Shown: positions 14,810 through 28,741 of the stretch, piece by piece
Layout of the letters: every line of letters starts with the position of its first letter
How positions within the stretch are numbered: the stretch's first letter is position 1
DNA from: Octopus sinensis
Taxonomy: Eukaryota
Assembly (NCBI RefSeq): GCF_006345805.1
Contig: NC_043006.1
Span: forward strand, 99,634,001-99,698,000
Direction: 5' to 3'
DNA length: 64,000 bases
Made by a program: the position numbers and the translations under genes
Notes under the pieces: model-generated
What the model was told of the DNA's origin: nothing
The model's input: the letters and a program-made list of their open reading frames with translations, nothing else
The model's database searches: none

Positions 14810-15700
14810 TTGCCATCATCGTCATTATCGCCATCGTCACCAGAATTAAATTTAGAATGATCATCTTCGACGCCATCACAGCAAACATTTCCACCTCTAC
14901 CCTCATGAATATCATCTTCACTCCCAAACATACCCTATTATTATCTTCGGCGTTAATTCCATGCTCCTTACCGCCACCTTCTTCAATACTGTAGTATAAT
15001 AAACATCAACAAGAATAGTAATCGTAATGCCGTCAAGGACTTCAGCCGCTGCAATGTCATTGGAATCATAAAAGCAATCACGATTTCTTTCTCCTCCACT
15101 TCTTCCTCCTCCAGATCCCCCTCTCCATCATTATTACCCTCGTCGTCACCGTTATCACCAGCATCATCACCATGATGACCACAATAGACTTCATTGCTAA
15201 CATAGACGATTTTGAGATAGCCTGTGTTATTATATTCTCCAAAATTATATCATGCGTCAACGTTTTCATAGTAATCATTATTTTGACGGTATTTAGAATG
15301 ATCATGGTATGATGCTGCAATTATGATGATGATGATGATGGATAATGAATATGGTACAGATGGTGGTGATGGTGGCGGTCCTGGTGGTGTTGGTATGCGT
15401 GTGGGTTGTAGCTGTGTTGTTATCTAGCCGAGCTGCTGCTAATGATTATGATGATGACCATGATCGTGATCATGAACTTCGTCGGGATGGTCGTAATAGT
15501 GATCAGAAGCAAGATGGTTATAACCATAAATTTGAAGAAGATTATGGAGTTTCATCATGAAGATTATCATCGTCATCCGCGTCGTCGCCGTTGTCGTATC
15601 GTCGTCCCCGTCGTGTCGTCGTCGTCGTGTCCTCGTTTCATCGTCGTAGTCGTCGTCGCCACGTCGTCCATGTCGTTTTCATCGTCATCGCTGTCATCTA
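14810..15700. repeat. Degenerate CAT/GAT/CGT trinucleotide low-complexity region
   Basis: Runs of catcat, gatgat and gtcgtc. Confidence 0.8.
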
Positions 15701-17578
15701 AATAGTTACTCGATACTCATTAAATATCAACAATTGTACCTACATCGCACCTTAACCGTTTAAGGAACGAAAGAAGATATTATTGCTTCGTAGTTAGAGT
15801 TATACTATACTAGATAAAGAATATATATATTTGATAATTAATAGTACAGGGCAACCAGTTTCATTATCGATGGTTCTCAGTTCAAATAGAAATAAAGAGG
15901 GAAGCCAGCATTAAGGATCAAGGGCCGACGTAGGCATTCGTTCTGTTGGAAATAACAACAAAATATCCCTTCCGTGTTACTGTCAAAACTCAAGTCTATT
16001 TTATACCTCTGCCACATGTTTGAAGTGTCAATTACACTCAATGACCTATCTGATACAATGCTAATCTACTAGAAATGCGAAAAACAGGTTTATGATACAT
16101 GGGTTTTTTTTTATGCCCATGGAGATGGTTTTAATTTATTTTATTATATTTATTTATTGAATTTCTAATCGGGCATGCCGTGGCTAACATCAATTTCGTT
16201 ATTTCAGCTTTGGCAGATATACTTCAAACGATATATATCGACAGAGTAAAATAGGTGGTTACCATTCTGTTAGCGAGCAACGATATGAGGAAGTTTCGGC
16301 CTGTTATTTCGAAGAAGTCAATCCACATTCAAGAGAATTTATTTGTCTTCCCGTAATGTTGTACATTAAAACAAATGGATGTAGAAATTTGCTCCATTAA
16401 AAAGAATGTATTTCCGTTTGCATGTCAAGAATGAATATATCACTAATTTCCTCAAAGAAGGCATGGAAGTAACAACATACAGTTCCTTTCTTAGCAGCAT
16501 AACCGCCAGGAATCCTTATGATGGAAAGAACGGAAGCTGTATGTGAAGTGTTTACTATTCCCGCTTTTTATTTTTAAGCTATCTTATCATTCAAGAAAGC
16601 CGTAGCTAACAATCACATTGTTAAGCATTAGCTGCTTTTTACAAATTTATTTTAGTACTTGTATATTTTATTTGATAGCCATTATAGTTATCCTTTAGTT
16701 TTGTTTTGTTTAATTATATATTTTGTTATTATTCCTTTTCTCTCTTGTTTCGCGTTCTTAGCAATTCATTTCTTGAATTTTTATAATACTGTCTTGATTT
16801 AATCTTATAACAAATCCACGTCTAAATGTTACTTGGTCAACAAAATTTTCATGTCTCCTAGCCATGGTGCTCAGAATAAATACAATGCGCCTGTAGAGAG
16901 ATTAATTAACCATTCTTGCAGACATGCCCTCGAAATATTCTAAATCTGATTTTAAATTTTAATAAAATAAAGTGTCCAAGTAACACATTTTTCTCGATAT
17001 GGCTGCTAAAATTCATTTTATTTTCATTTCTATTAATATTTAAAGTTAGATCGAATCTCTGCTATGTTTATATAGAAAAATCAAAATTGAATCAATAATG
17101 GAATGTTGGCATTCACCCTTTGGTAATTAGCTCTTTCTTATGCAGACCTGTGTAATTTGCAGTGGCAAAAATTCTGACAACTCTGACATTTGTTTCTTAA
17201 CAAATATCTAATCAAAAACCAAGAAAAAGGAAAAAGAAACACATAAGGGAAAATGGATTTCTATTTGTTTATATTTGATTTTGACGCTTTAAGATTTTGG
17301 TTGCCTTTATTTTATGGAGCTAGCTTTATTTGAATAGATATGTAAATTTTGATATTTTGGGATAGTCGAGTGATGAATTTCTACTCTGAATTACGTTATT
17401 TTCTTTTGCCCCTGCAGTAATGAAAATAATAACAATTATAATCTATTCCTAATTAGTGGAGAAAGCAGGCGATATTAATACGAGAAGTTGGATGTTACAA
17501 ACATCTCATATTTCAGAAATGTGGATTACCTCTTGAATCACAAGCATCATTTCTATATATTTACAAAACCAAGAAGCA

Positions 17579-19010
17579 TGAGGGTCAACAGTTCAAAGGC
17601 TGACTATGAAAGAGGGGTACTTGACCTGTGGAATATTGCTTGCAGTCATTTCAACTCTTCTCATACAACAACAGCATTGTTATTTTCCTTTTATGGGGTA
17701 AACTGATATCTGGTTCTTCAAAAGTAGACTTAAAAAGTAACTAGTAGCGAAATCTCTTAAAACTAGAAAACAATTGCCACCGTGTTGTCATGAAATACCT
17801 GCAGAAAAAGGGCTTAACCCATATGGACATACATGCTACATTAATGGATGACGCTCCAGAGCTTTATCAATAATGCAAAATTTGACGGCTGAATTTAGGA
17901 GTGGGGAGAGTGTCTGGAAGTTGATCGAACTTCTAGACATCCTTTAACTGCCACCAGCGAGGAAAACATTGATCGTGTTCACCACAGGGAGATGGATGAC
18001 AACTGGTTTACTATGGATAGAATAGCCAATGCTATTAGCATGTCCCGTGAGAAGGTTGAGAACATTCTGCATAATGAACTTGGCATGAGGAAGGTTTCTT
18101 CTACTCGGTGTTTGCCACATCATGTGACATCTCATCAAAAGTGCAACAAGCTGATCACATGACTGGGAAATATTTCGACATCTGAGCACACCAGGCACAT
18201 CACATCATTTGAAAACTTTACATTGCTTGCAGAAGCTCAAGCTGGCTTCCTTGAACGTTTTCTAACCCTCGGTGTGAGTGCTGGGCTCATGACGATGAGC
18301 AATAGACTAGGCGACCATACATACAAGGGAAACATTCTTCCTCAATGATTAGGGCAGCGAACTCGCGGTCGGAGGATCGCGGTTTCGATTCCCAGATCGG
18401 GCATTGTGAGTGTTTATTGAGCGAAAACACCCAAAGCTCCACGAGGCTCCGGCAGGGGGTAGTGGTGAACCCTGCTGTACTCTTTCACCACAACTTTCTC
18501 TCGCTCTTTCTTCCTGTTTCTCTTGTACCTGTATTTCAAAGGGCCAGCCTTGTCACACTCTGTATCACGCTGAATCTCCTCGAGAACTACGTTAAGGGTA
18601 CACGTGTCTGTGGAGTGCTCAGCCACTTGCACGTTAATATCACGAGCAAGCTGTTCCGTTGATCGTATCAGCTGGGACCCTCATTGTCGCAACCGACGGA
18701 GTGCTTCTATACTATATTTTCAAAAGGGTCACAAGAGTACAAGAAGTATATCACAAAATCAGAACCCTTGCTAAAACGTTTGTAACAGATTAGTCTCTGC
18801 TCAAATTAATTAGTGTACCAGACCCTGATGTTAAACGGAATGAACCGTCAAGCCTACCTCTTCTCGTATAGGATATCTAAAGCTTTTTAACCAATGGGAT
18901 CCAGACAATCACGAAAGAAGCGTGTGGACTCCATGATGGACAATGTTTAAAAATAAAATTCATTTGATCACATTCCATGAGGATATCATAGTCAGTCCGA
19001 GAATTCTGGA
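17579..19010 (+). mobile_element. Degenerate mariner with internal deletion and nested SINE
   Basis: RVVMKYLQKKGLT..TATSEENIDRV..VENILHNELGMRKVS, C-terminal GIQ..KKRVD; TIR remnants ggctgactatga (about 17598) and tcatagtcagtcc (about 18986). Confidence 0.8.
18343..18705 (+). mobile_element. tRNA-derived SINE family C (tail type 1), nested in mariner
   Basis: B-box-like ggtttcgattccc; 5' half matches the copy at 34659. Confidence 0.85.
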
Positions 19011-19666
19011 TTAGAACGAAAAGAGCTAGAATAAAAATCACCAGACGTGATGTTCAAAATTCTTTTGGCTCCATCAATACGCCAGTTTTCATTGTTACCG
19101 TTTCCTCGGTGCCGAAATGCTGCAAGTTCACTGCAGCAGAATCCGAAATTCTTGCGCAGAGTTACGAATACCTCGATGCATTCCGCCAGTTTACCTCAAG
19201 CTGTTGTTCTTAATCTTCAGTTCTCTTCAAGTATACTAATCACCAAAGTGTTCCAGATTTGTAAAACCAATCGTGTCTTCAGAGAATACATATAGAGCCA
19301 TATTTGTTACGATAATTGTCCGTTGGGCGAGGGGTTTATTTCTATCAAATGCTTAAAATTACACGGAAGCGGGGGAAGGGGATGATTATTGCTGTTGTGG
19401 TTGATAATGATAATGATGATGAGGAAGAGAAGGAGGGCGAAGAGACGGAGCCTGACAACGGTGATGCCCATCACGAAGAAGTTCATGATAACAAAAACAA
19501 TATCACGAGGGCAACGGTTATATTTATACAAATGGTGTATAGCCCTAATAGGTCGCACAAATTTATCATGGGTGACTATGTCGTTCTGCGAAGATTAGGT
19601 TTCTTCTAAATTGCACGTGCATTTAAATATAGTATATTCTTATAGAGATTTCATCCAGAGCTTGTG

Positions 19667-19687
19667 GTATGTATGTATGTATGTATG

Positions 19688-19718
<31 letters not shown>

Positions 19719-19781
19719 GTATGTATGCATGCATGCATGTATGTATGTATATATGTATGTATGTATGCATATGTATGTATG

Positions 19782-19813
<32 letters not shown>

Positions 19814-20040
19814 TGTATGTATGTATGCATGCATGCATGTATGTATGTATGTATATATGTATGTATGTATCTATATGTATGTATGTATATGCATGTATGC
19901 ATGTATGTATGTATGTATATATGTATGCATGTATGTATGTATGCATGCATGTATGTATGTATGTATGTATATATGTATATATGTATGTATGTATACGTAT
20001 GTATGCATGTATGTATGTACGTATATATATATATGATATA
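19667..20040. repeat. (TATG)n microsatellite
   Basis: About 370 bp of tatg/catg units. Confidence 0.95.
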
Positions 20041-21049
20041 TACAGAAAGGGATACATGGGTAGACAATTAGATGAACCGAACGATAGATTGATAGATAGG
20101 CTGATTGACACATTGATTGAATGACTAAGTATTTGAGAGACAAACAGACATACAGACATACAGACACACAAATAGAAGTATGTGAATATATGCGAGTGCG
20201 TGTGTCCTAATACATGTATGTGTGTATGTATGTATAAATGCATGTAAGTGTCTCGTACTGTTTGTGTAATATAAATAATGATTCGGAAGACATCACCGAA
20301 TCAATGTTCTCCCCAAGATGATTCGTTGTAACAACAATTTCCGCAGATGGAATGCATAGAAAATATTCCCCACGTTATCAATTCAGCCGACTCTTATCTT
20401 TGTCTTTTAAGGAGAGGTTTTTCCAGATAACTCCGTAGTAGTAGTCATGAAGAAAACACATGAATTTCACTAATGTAGAACGAGACCTTGCCGTGTGACG
20501 TAATGATTTTTTACTTAGTTTTCCCAATCAATTTTGTACTGCTTCCACTGAGCGCCATTCATTGCACACGCTATAGCCTATGACACGACATATCTAATGC
20601 CTGAATTATTTTGGTAATTTCTCAATCATTCAAATATTGCCAAAAGTTGGCTCCTGTTGCAATAGCATTCAACGCTTGATTTCACAAGTTAATGAAATGT
20701 AAATATGTCTTACAAACGTAGTTTACACAACGTTTTAAGTATTTTAATATACCAATATTTTCTTGTATACTAGCACTGCCGATTTCGTATCCCCCAATGT
20801 ATCTGAAAGTTATTATGGAGCTAATCGATATGCATGTGTGATCTTCATTGAAAACAAATTCTGCTCGTGTTTAGTATAGTAGAATAATCGTCATATGGAC
20901 CAGCTACATGTAATCTTCGAATCGTTTAACATGGAAGTTAGAGTACTGAATGATTACAAATGCATGTTCAATAACATTAACTACTGTTGCATCAAAATGT
21001 GGTTTACTGTTTTCTGCATTAAACTATTGTTAAATGATAGTATACTCTG

Positions 21050-21890
21050 GCCAAATTCCTAATGATACATTTATGGCGCTATTAAAACGGATGCTCCGAC
21101 AGTAGCCCCTGCTGCGTACAGTGACTGTTAACTTTCCATCGCATCGCCAGTGAAGGAAGCTGAGTCATTTGCGCATGTATGAAATCTACTAAAACAAACC
21201 AAGATAAATACGATCTGGGTCTGTCACAATGCAAAGCGACTAAATCCTCTACACTTCCAATAAGATAATCTAGTCCATCAGATGGGCTTTCATGCACTTA
21301 AGCTACGAGATCTTTTATCACCGTTAATCTAGTCTGACACTCCGGACCATATCATATCAGGATTCCCAAAAATACTATGTGGCCAAGCTCAGCCAAATAT
21401 CTGCAAGCAAACGTCTTCGCTGGACTCCCAAATATCCACACTCAAATATTTATTTTAATGATCTATAGTAGACGCGGATAATCCTCAGTTAAAAATGGAA
21501 AAGGTTGTAAGCATGACTTAAAAGTAATTTCCACAGCTGGTTGGCAAAAAAAAACAGAAATTCGTCACCTTTAAACAGATGAGCAAATGATTGCAAAGAT
21601 GTAAACTTCGATTTAAGCATAGCAATCAGGTGACATTAGGATATTAGGTTTTGGATTAAATTCACCATACAGGAAAATAATTAACACCAAACCAGTAGGC
21701 TTCCGCGTATTTTCTGTCCAGTAAATTTCGAATCGCACTCGTCGATGTGAGACGAGAGTAAACACGCCTGGAGGAAAGGGAGAATCATGTATATACTTAA
21801 CGAGACACATGCCTGCACCCAAACTGTGCGTAGAAATGGTAGACTATCGTTTACTGCCAGTCTGTGGAACAAGCTATAACAGAACGTTCT
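21050..21890 (+). mobile_element. Highly decayed CR1-like LINE 3' region
   Basis: Weak ordered motifs Q*LLTFH, DKYDLGL (KDLGV-like), IRWAFMHLSYEIF, SLWNKL. Confidence 0.35.
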
Positions 21891-22096
21891 ATATATCTCT
21901 TTCAGTAGGTTTATGGTTTAATGTTGTATAGTATTTACAAATGCACAGACGCATAGACAGATATTTACATGCATGCATATGTATATGCACACACACACAC
22001 ACACCACACACACATATATATATGCATATACATATGCATATATATATGCATATACATATTTATATATATATGCATATATATATATATATATATATA

Positions 22097-22180
<84 letters not shown>

Positions 22181-23289
22181 TATATATATATACCATTATA
22201 TGCATATTTGATTTCTTATGTGTGTTTGTTTTTCGTCTGTGCGTCTTCGTAGATAGCATAGTAATTTTGACAGTTTCTCTCACTTTGATGGATGGATACT
22301 TGATTATGCAAGTGCGAAACTTCTGACACTTCATTTCTACAAAAACTTAATAACTATTTTTAAATACAGTTCTTGTAACACGGGTATTTGTCAAACCGTG
22401 AATAGATAAGAACTGTTTAACTCAAAAGCAAAATGACAGTTAAATAAATATTGTAGTTTTGAAGATGACAATTTCCTCCATATATCTGACGAAGTTAATG
22501 AATATTTACTTATTTTTGCCTTTCAGAAGATGTTCAGCACGCAATCTTTCTTTTTGACGCGTTTTCTACAACAACATATGAAGAAGTGTCTTCCGTATCT
22601 GCCTTTCACACACTTCAAGAAATATTTGCAATGAAATTCTCATCTATAAATAAAAGAAAATTCACACAATAACAGGTCTGGAAAAGAAGTTTACTTCTTT
22701 TCTTTTTGAAATGGGCAATTATTTAATTTTCATTGTTCATTTGTGTCATATTTTTAATTAGATTTTCCTATAGTTTCGTTGCAACTTCAAAACCAAAATA
22801 ACTACATTAATATTATAATACATCGAAAAGTTTTACTTCCACAACGCTGAGAACGTTGTTGCTAAACTTCTTCGATCTTTTAATATAATTCAATAAATAT
22901 CCCTTCCAAGGTCGCCGAATTTTGCTGTGCAAAAATGTTTATGCATTTCTTTATATTTACAAAGTATTAGTTTGTATGAGTGAAAGACACAAGAAGATTT
23001 TTCTATGGACAAATATTATTAATTATATGAGTAGAAGTTCTATGCCAACATAATACAATCACCGAAGCTTCTCTTTTGTGACTTTAGAAGTTAGATATGT
23101 GGGTTATAAACTGTTAATGTTCCCAGAAATTCCAACTATAAAACAGTTAGAACGATAGCGTCAATTACTCAAAGGATAAAATGCGTCCACCTATCCGCTA
23201 ATGAGCCACGGAATTGATACAGAGGCTTCAATGTTGTGTTGTGCCGTAGAAGGAGAGGAGATTAATTTGAGGACTTGCAGTGGTATATA

Positions 23290-23440
23290 GATTCGAGCTT
23301 AGTTCAGTTGTACGTTCTGAGCTCAAATACCGCCGATGTCGATTTTATATGCCATTCATTTAAAGTCGGTATAATAAATACTGATTAAGTACTGGTGTAA
23401 ATGAAATCGATTATCTCTCTTCCGACCATGGCTGCCATTT
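23290..23440 (+). mobile_element. Decayed SINE family A
   Basis: gtacgttctgagctcaaataccgccgatgtcga...aagtactggtgtaaatgaaatcga aligns to the 56099 copy. Confidence 0.65.
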
Positions 23441-24055
23441 GCCAAATGGTTACTGTTATTATCTTCACGCTGAGACTGAATACGTTACGCTGTCATGGGT
23501 TTAGTTCAAGGGAGATGCAAAAAGAAAGAGAGAGAGTGGCGTTGTTAGTTACTTGAAGAACGAACAGAAATAGAAACATGGTAAGCGCAGGAATATGTGG
23601 TATAGTTGAAGGGAGAGGCAGGCAAAGAGAGAGAGAGAGATAATGAGTAAGTGTTGGCTGAAAGGAAGGCCAAAGTGGAAAGCAGTAACATGATTCTAAA
23701 TGTAATGTGGTAGAATATTGTGACACACAATAAAAGTAAAATTTAGCTGTTAAAGATTGCAATGTTTAAACGTTTCTATATCTTCAATCTCTCAATGTAT
23801 CTCTAGATAGATTTATTGGTGGATAGAAGACTATACCACGAATGAATATATCGACGTATTGTTAAATGAAAATGAAATAATCTTAGTAAGTAGTTCTGGG
23901 TGTTACTTTACCTTTATATGCATAGTCGCCCAAAACTAGAGTCCATGGTGGGACACAAGACAATTTTTTGTCTTAATTCCAGGTATGTGCCTTAAATATT
24001 TATCCGAATAGTTAGAGAATACGAAAACGCATCAACATAACAGAAATAGAATATG

Positions 24056-24114
<59 letters not shown>

Positions 24115-25523
24115 CTGTTGTGTGTTACTCTATGTAGTCACTCACCCACTTCTGTTCAACATTTGCCGCAAGACTATCTCTCTTTTCTATCTATTTCTCT
24201 GTCCCTCTCCTCTCCTCTCTATCTACCTCTCAACCTATCTGCTGCTTTTCTCTCTTTACTCCCTTCCATTTCTTCCTCTGTCCATCTCTGTCAACTACCT
24301 ACTGTCTATCTTTATTCCCTTCTTTCTCCGCACTCTCTCTTTCTTCCTACTTGCTCTTCCCTAACATTCTCTACTCTCTTTCTTCACTTTTTCGTACCAA
24401 AAGACAATCCAATTTTTTATCACATACTTTTTCTACTTGACCAGGTCATAGACGAAATCGTCTTCAATTAACTCTGAATAATCTACCAAAGGTTTTCTGC
24501 CTTCTTGTCCTTAAAATCAACTGTACAGAATGAATGTGCTTATTGTGAGACGTGTAATGTGGATATATACATACATAAAGGCACTTATTCACGCACACAT
24601 ATTTAAAAATACACACATACACCCTTATTCCCAAATTATCACAAACACAATCATAGGAATTACGAAGGCACCTAGTACTTACTTTTCAAGGCTTACTTCC
24701 AAAGGTTACCAATTGTTACGTGCGAGCTGCTTTCATTTGTCGATTACATGCAAAGTACATTGAGCGAGGCAAGGTTTCGCCTATATACAGTTGTATATAG
24801 AATAAATAGTATCGCATAAAAACATAGAAAGTATCAGGAAACGAAAGAGAAAAAAAAGAGAAAACAGGATAAAAACTTTGAAGATATTACCCTAAAATTA
24901 CTAGGGAGAAAGGCACTATCGATAGAGTTGAAGGTTCTTCACTTATGTGAAACCAAATTAGGTATGTTGCAGTTTAATGAATGTTGGTGAGTTAAACGCA
25001 AGAGTAAAAGGGAATATATTACAGGAGGTAAAGACAATGAGTTTTTGGTAGTTTTCCAGTTACGTGTAACAACGTCATTCAAGTGAGTCAAGGATTGTAT
25101 GCTAGTAGAAGGCAATATGAAGGAAAACTGCTATATTCGGAGGTGTTTCACATCGGGGCAAGTATACTATAAAATATAGGATATAGGATTCGGAATTATA
25201 TATGATACGAACTTAGTAGGTCACGACGTCATTTACAATTTTAAGAGGTGAGGTAATATTAAACATTGTCTCTGAGGTAATATCGGAACCTTAATTTTAA
25301 TTTATGCATGCGAACTACATTTAATTCACTGTGTTTGTATAATAGATTATCATTAGTAGTAAACTAGGTTTTCAGTTAAACATGGACTACAAACCTTTCC
25401 ATCTCCTTGATAAAATTCACTTGATGTCGAAATGTACCTATTAATGTTTTGGTAACTTATTCGTTGACTTGCTACTGCTAAAATTTGTATATCACCTAGA
25501 TTTACATTCCCTAATATTATTAT

Positions 25524-25992
25524 GCATGACATGCATAAGATCTGGTCATCAAACTTGAAATCTTCAAAGCCACAGTCGAACCAATTCTACTATATGGCTC
25601 AGAAACCTGGACGTTATAGAAGCTTGAGAGGCGGTTGGATGGAACCTACACTCGCCTCCTTATGAGAGCTCAAAATCTCTCGTGGAAGCGCCATCCAACC
25701 AAAATGCAAATATATGGGAAACTACCACCTGTGTCATCTCTTATGAAAGGTAAGAGAGTCCAGTTTGCTGGACATTGTTGTAGAGCTGAAAAAGAGTTAA
25801 TTTCTACTCTTCTCCTCTGGAAGCCATCTACTCGCAATACCAGAGGGCGCACACTCTCCTACCATGATGTAGTCTCCAGGGATACAGGCATCCAGCAACA
25901 GGACCTCCGTAATGCCATGATGGACCGTGAAGTCTGGCGTAGCATGGTAAATTCCATTGTCTCGACCACGGTCGAACAATGATGATGATGAA
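25524..25992 (+). mobile_element. RTE/RTE-X-type LINE 3' end
   Basis: IFKATVEPILLYGSETWTL..LDGTYTRLLMRAQNLSWKRHPT..RVQFAGHC..AMMDREVWR, ending directly in a (TGA)n tail. Confidence 0.9.
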
Positions 25993-26277
25993 TATTATTA
26001 TGAATTCCACAGGTAGGAATATCTCTTGCGTTCGAACTCTTAGCAATGCAATGCTTATCTTACCGTATTTTTCCACATTAAAAATGTTATACTGTCCACT
26101 GTCATTGAGTTAAATGAAATATTGTAAGTTATTCCATAAAAGTATAAGTTAAATATGCTATTATGCATATCATCCTCAGTATTCTTATACCACCTAGTAT
26201 TGAGTTCTTGTTTATGTCCCATCTTCGCGTAGGAGAAAAGTGCATTTTTATGTCTTCCTGTTTAAGGGCTACAATAT

Positions 26278-26490
26278 ATTGGTTTCAAATTTTGGTACAA
26301 GGCTAGCAGATTTTGGGGAGCCGCTAAGTCGATAAAATCGACTCATCTGCTCAACTGGTACTTATTTTATCGAACTCAAATATAATGGGCTAAGTCGACC
26401 CTAGCGGAATTTGAATTCGGAACGTAAGGAATGAAGAACTGCCTCTAAGGGTTTTTGCTCTGAGCACAAACGGTTCTGTCAGTGCGCTGC
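26278..26490 (-). mobile_element. SINE family A
   Basis: Reverse-complement match: ctggtacttattttatcga, gtcgaccctagcggaatttgaa. Confidence 0.8.
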
Positions 26491-26511
26491 ATTAAAGGGC
26501 TTAATATATTA

Positions 26512-26714
26512 GTCAGTAACACACTGGGCGAAATGTTTAGCGTTATTTCATCTGCCGTAACGTTTTGAGTTCAAATTCCGCCGAGGTCGACTCTAATTTT
26601 CATCTTTTCAGTATCGACTACATAAGTACCACATACGTACTGGGGTCGATGTAATCGACTTAATCCCTTTGTCGTTACCTCTTTAGCACCCTGTGGGCAA
26701 TAAGGAAATAAATA
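26512..26714 (+). mobile_element. SINE family A
   Basis: gagttcaaattccgccgaggtcgact...gtactggggtcgatgtaatcgacttaatcc...gggcaataaggaaata. Confidence 0.9.
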
Positions 26715-27435
26715 TATGAATCATTATTTATAAATACTTTGTCATTAACCGAAAGATTAGTGATCGTTGAAAATATATTTTTACCGGAGCCATTCTTAAA
26801 TGAATCTGGATAATTTGATAATCTACGCGCATAAGGTTAAATCTCATCCGGCTTATTCTATGGGCAATATGAACAAAAAGCAAATGATCATAAAGAGTTA
26901 GGCAAACCATCTCCGAAACCTAGAAAAAACTTTTTAAATACTTTTATGCTTTATATAAATCCACGGCTTCAGTTACTAAGGTTAGAACAGGTGTCACCAA
27001 TGACATATCGAGCTCTTATTTTTTCCATAGAAGCTCTAGTCTTTTCATATAATTTTATTTCTCTCCCCCTCCACCTCTCTCTGCGATTGAAGTTCATTGC
27101 CTTATTTATGTCTCACTCATCTTTAATTATATCTCTTGGCCACGTATTCTCCCCCTCATCTCGAGTTATCATTTTTAGCTTTTGCTTATCTCATTTTTCT
27201 GTCTCTATTTTTTTTTCTATGATTCTTTCTTTTGATTTATGTGACGTTTTCCCTGTCAACAACATAGTAAGAATAGGGATCCGATCAATGTATTTCGCAT
27301 GTAATCGATTCATGCAACTTTTAAATACGTAACAATTAATTAAGCAACTACTTGAAATGTGCGTATTAAATGCATTCGAAATATCAGTAGTTTTGTGATA
27401 ATTTTTACTTACTTATGACTCCTGCTAATATTAAT

Positions 27436-27618
27436 CGAGCAGAAATGTTACCGCACCGGGCAAAATGCTTTGCGGCATTTGATCCGCATTTACGTTCTGG
27501 GTTTAGACTTTGGGTTTAGTCACTGATGTAGACTTTGCCTTTCATTCTTTCGAGATCGATTTAATTGAGTTACCCCGTCCCCTGGAATTGCTGACCTGTG
27601 TCAAAATTTGAAAACAAT
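27436..27618 (+). mobile_element. SINE family A, decayed
   Basis: gcagaaatgttaccgcaccgggcaaaatgctt...gactttgcctttcattctttcg...aaaatttgaaaac. Confidence 0.8.
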
Positions 27619-28741
27619 ATTAATCTAGCCTTTTCCTATATAATTAAATTGGGTTAAAATGAACTGCGGGAATATGGGTTGCAGGTTGATTTGGATTTTT
27701 GGTATTTTTCTGATAAAGGTCACTGCATGACTTCACACTACCGAATACATATATGTGAGTGTAAATCTGCGGGGGTTTGCGCATTTATGCATGTGGTGTG
27801 TATGTATGTGCTCTTTATGCAAGTATACATATATGTAATATTTTGCTTCGAAAGTAATAAAAGTAATATCGGAAATATATGTTTTATAAAAGTAATATTT
27901 TTCTAAGGTCACTTTCAGAATTAGAAATTTTCTTTTATCAACGTCATATATCATATATCTAAATGCATTTTACTTCGATCATATTTGTCCATCGAATTCT
28001 AGGAGGCATTCTATTCTTTGAAATGTGGAAAAAAAACTCCATCCATTTATTTTACTTGAAGTTTTGATGCTGTAAAAATTTTCTTTGTAGAGCAGTAGCA
28101 ACAACGTTAGCAACCTCACAGTAAGCAGTCTATCGCCACTACTACTACATCTGCTACACATAAGCTGTGTCATCACGAGTGATATAACGATATAAATGGA
28201 GATATTTCATTATTAAAGACACATGGTAATCCTACACCTGAAAAAAAAATCCAGTTACCCGATTCACATTACTCATGAAGATAACGGAAAAATGAATATT
28301 TACTTTGATGATGAGAGCGCATTTCCTGATATATTCGCCTGGCAGGATGAATAGTGAGTGATAATTTTGCTTAAAGTTAACTGGCATTTCCTCCCCATTG
28401 GTAGGAAGCTGCTGGAAATTCACTCATGCGCAAAACGTTTCAAAGCTAGCTGATGTGTTCTCTTTTGTTTTGTTTTTTTGTTCTCCTGTTATAGCATTTA
28501 TGTTTAGGAATTTTCAGGTATAACACATTCACCTCCGCGGAAAAGTTCACCTTCCCATTCTTATGTCATGTATCTGATTTGTTATTCGTAATATAAATTT
28601 CAGTACTACATGTTAAATGCTGAGCTCAAGGATGATAAACTTGCACTCCAAAATTTTCAGCTAGTGTGAGTTTTTGTTAGGTAAACATCTGATTAAAAAC
28701 AATGTTTTGACGACAGAAAGGCAGAAGGGTATGGGTTATCT

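Noticed and set aside
19623-20243. Long ORFs made of YIHT/MYVC and similar units (also near 22 kb, 32 kb, 38.7 kb, 49.8 kb and 59.4 kb)
   Set aside because: Translations of TATG/TA/TG/TAA microsatellites, open in several frames on both strands.
22505-22680. Polypyrimidine-AG acceptor followed by a short open frame (similar cases near 6460 on + and 28240 on -)
   Set aside because: No recognisable protein similarity, early stops and no consistent exon chain.
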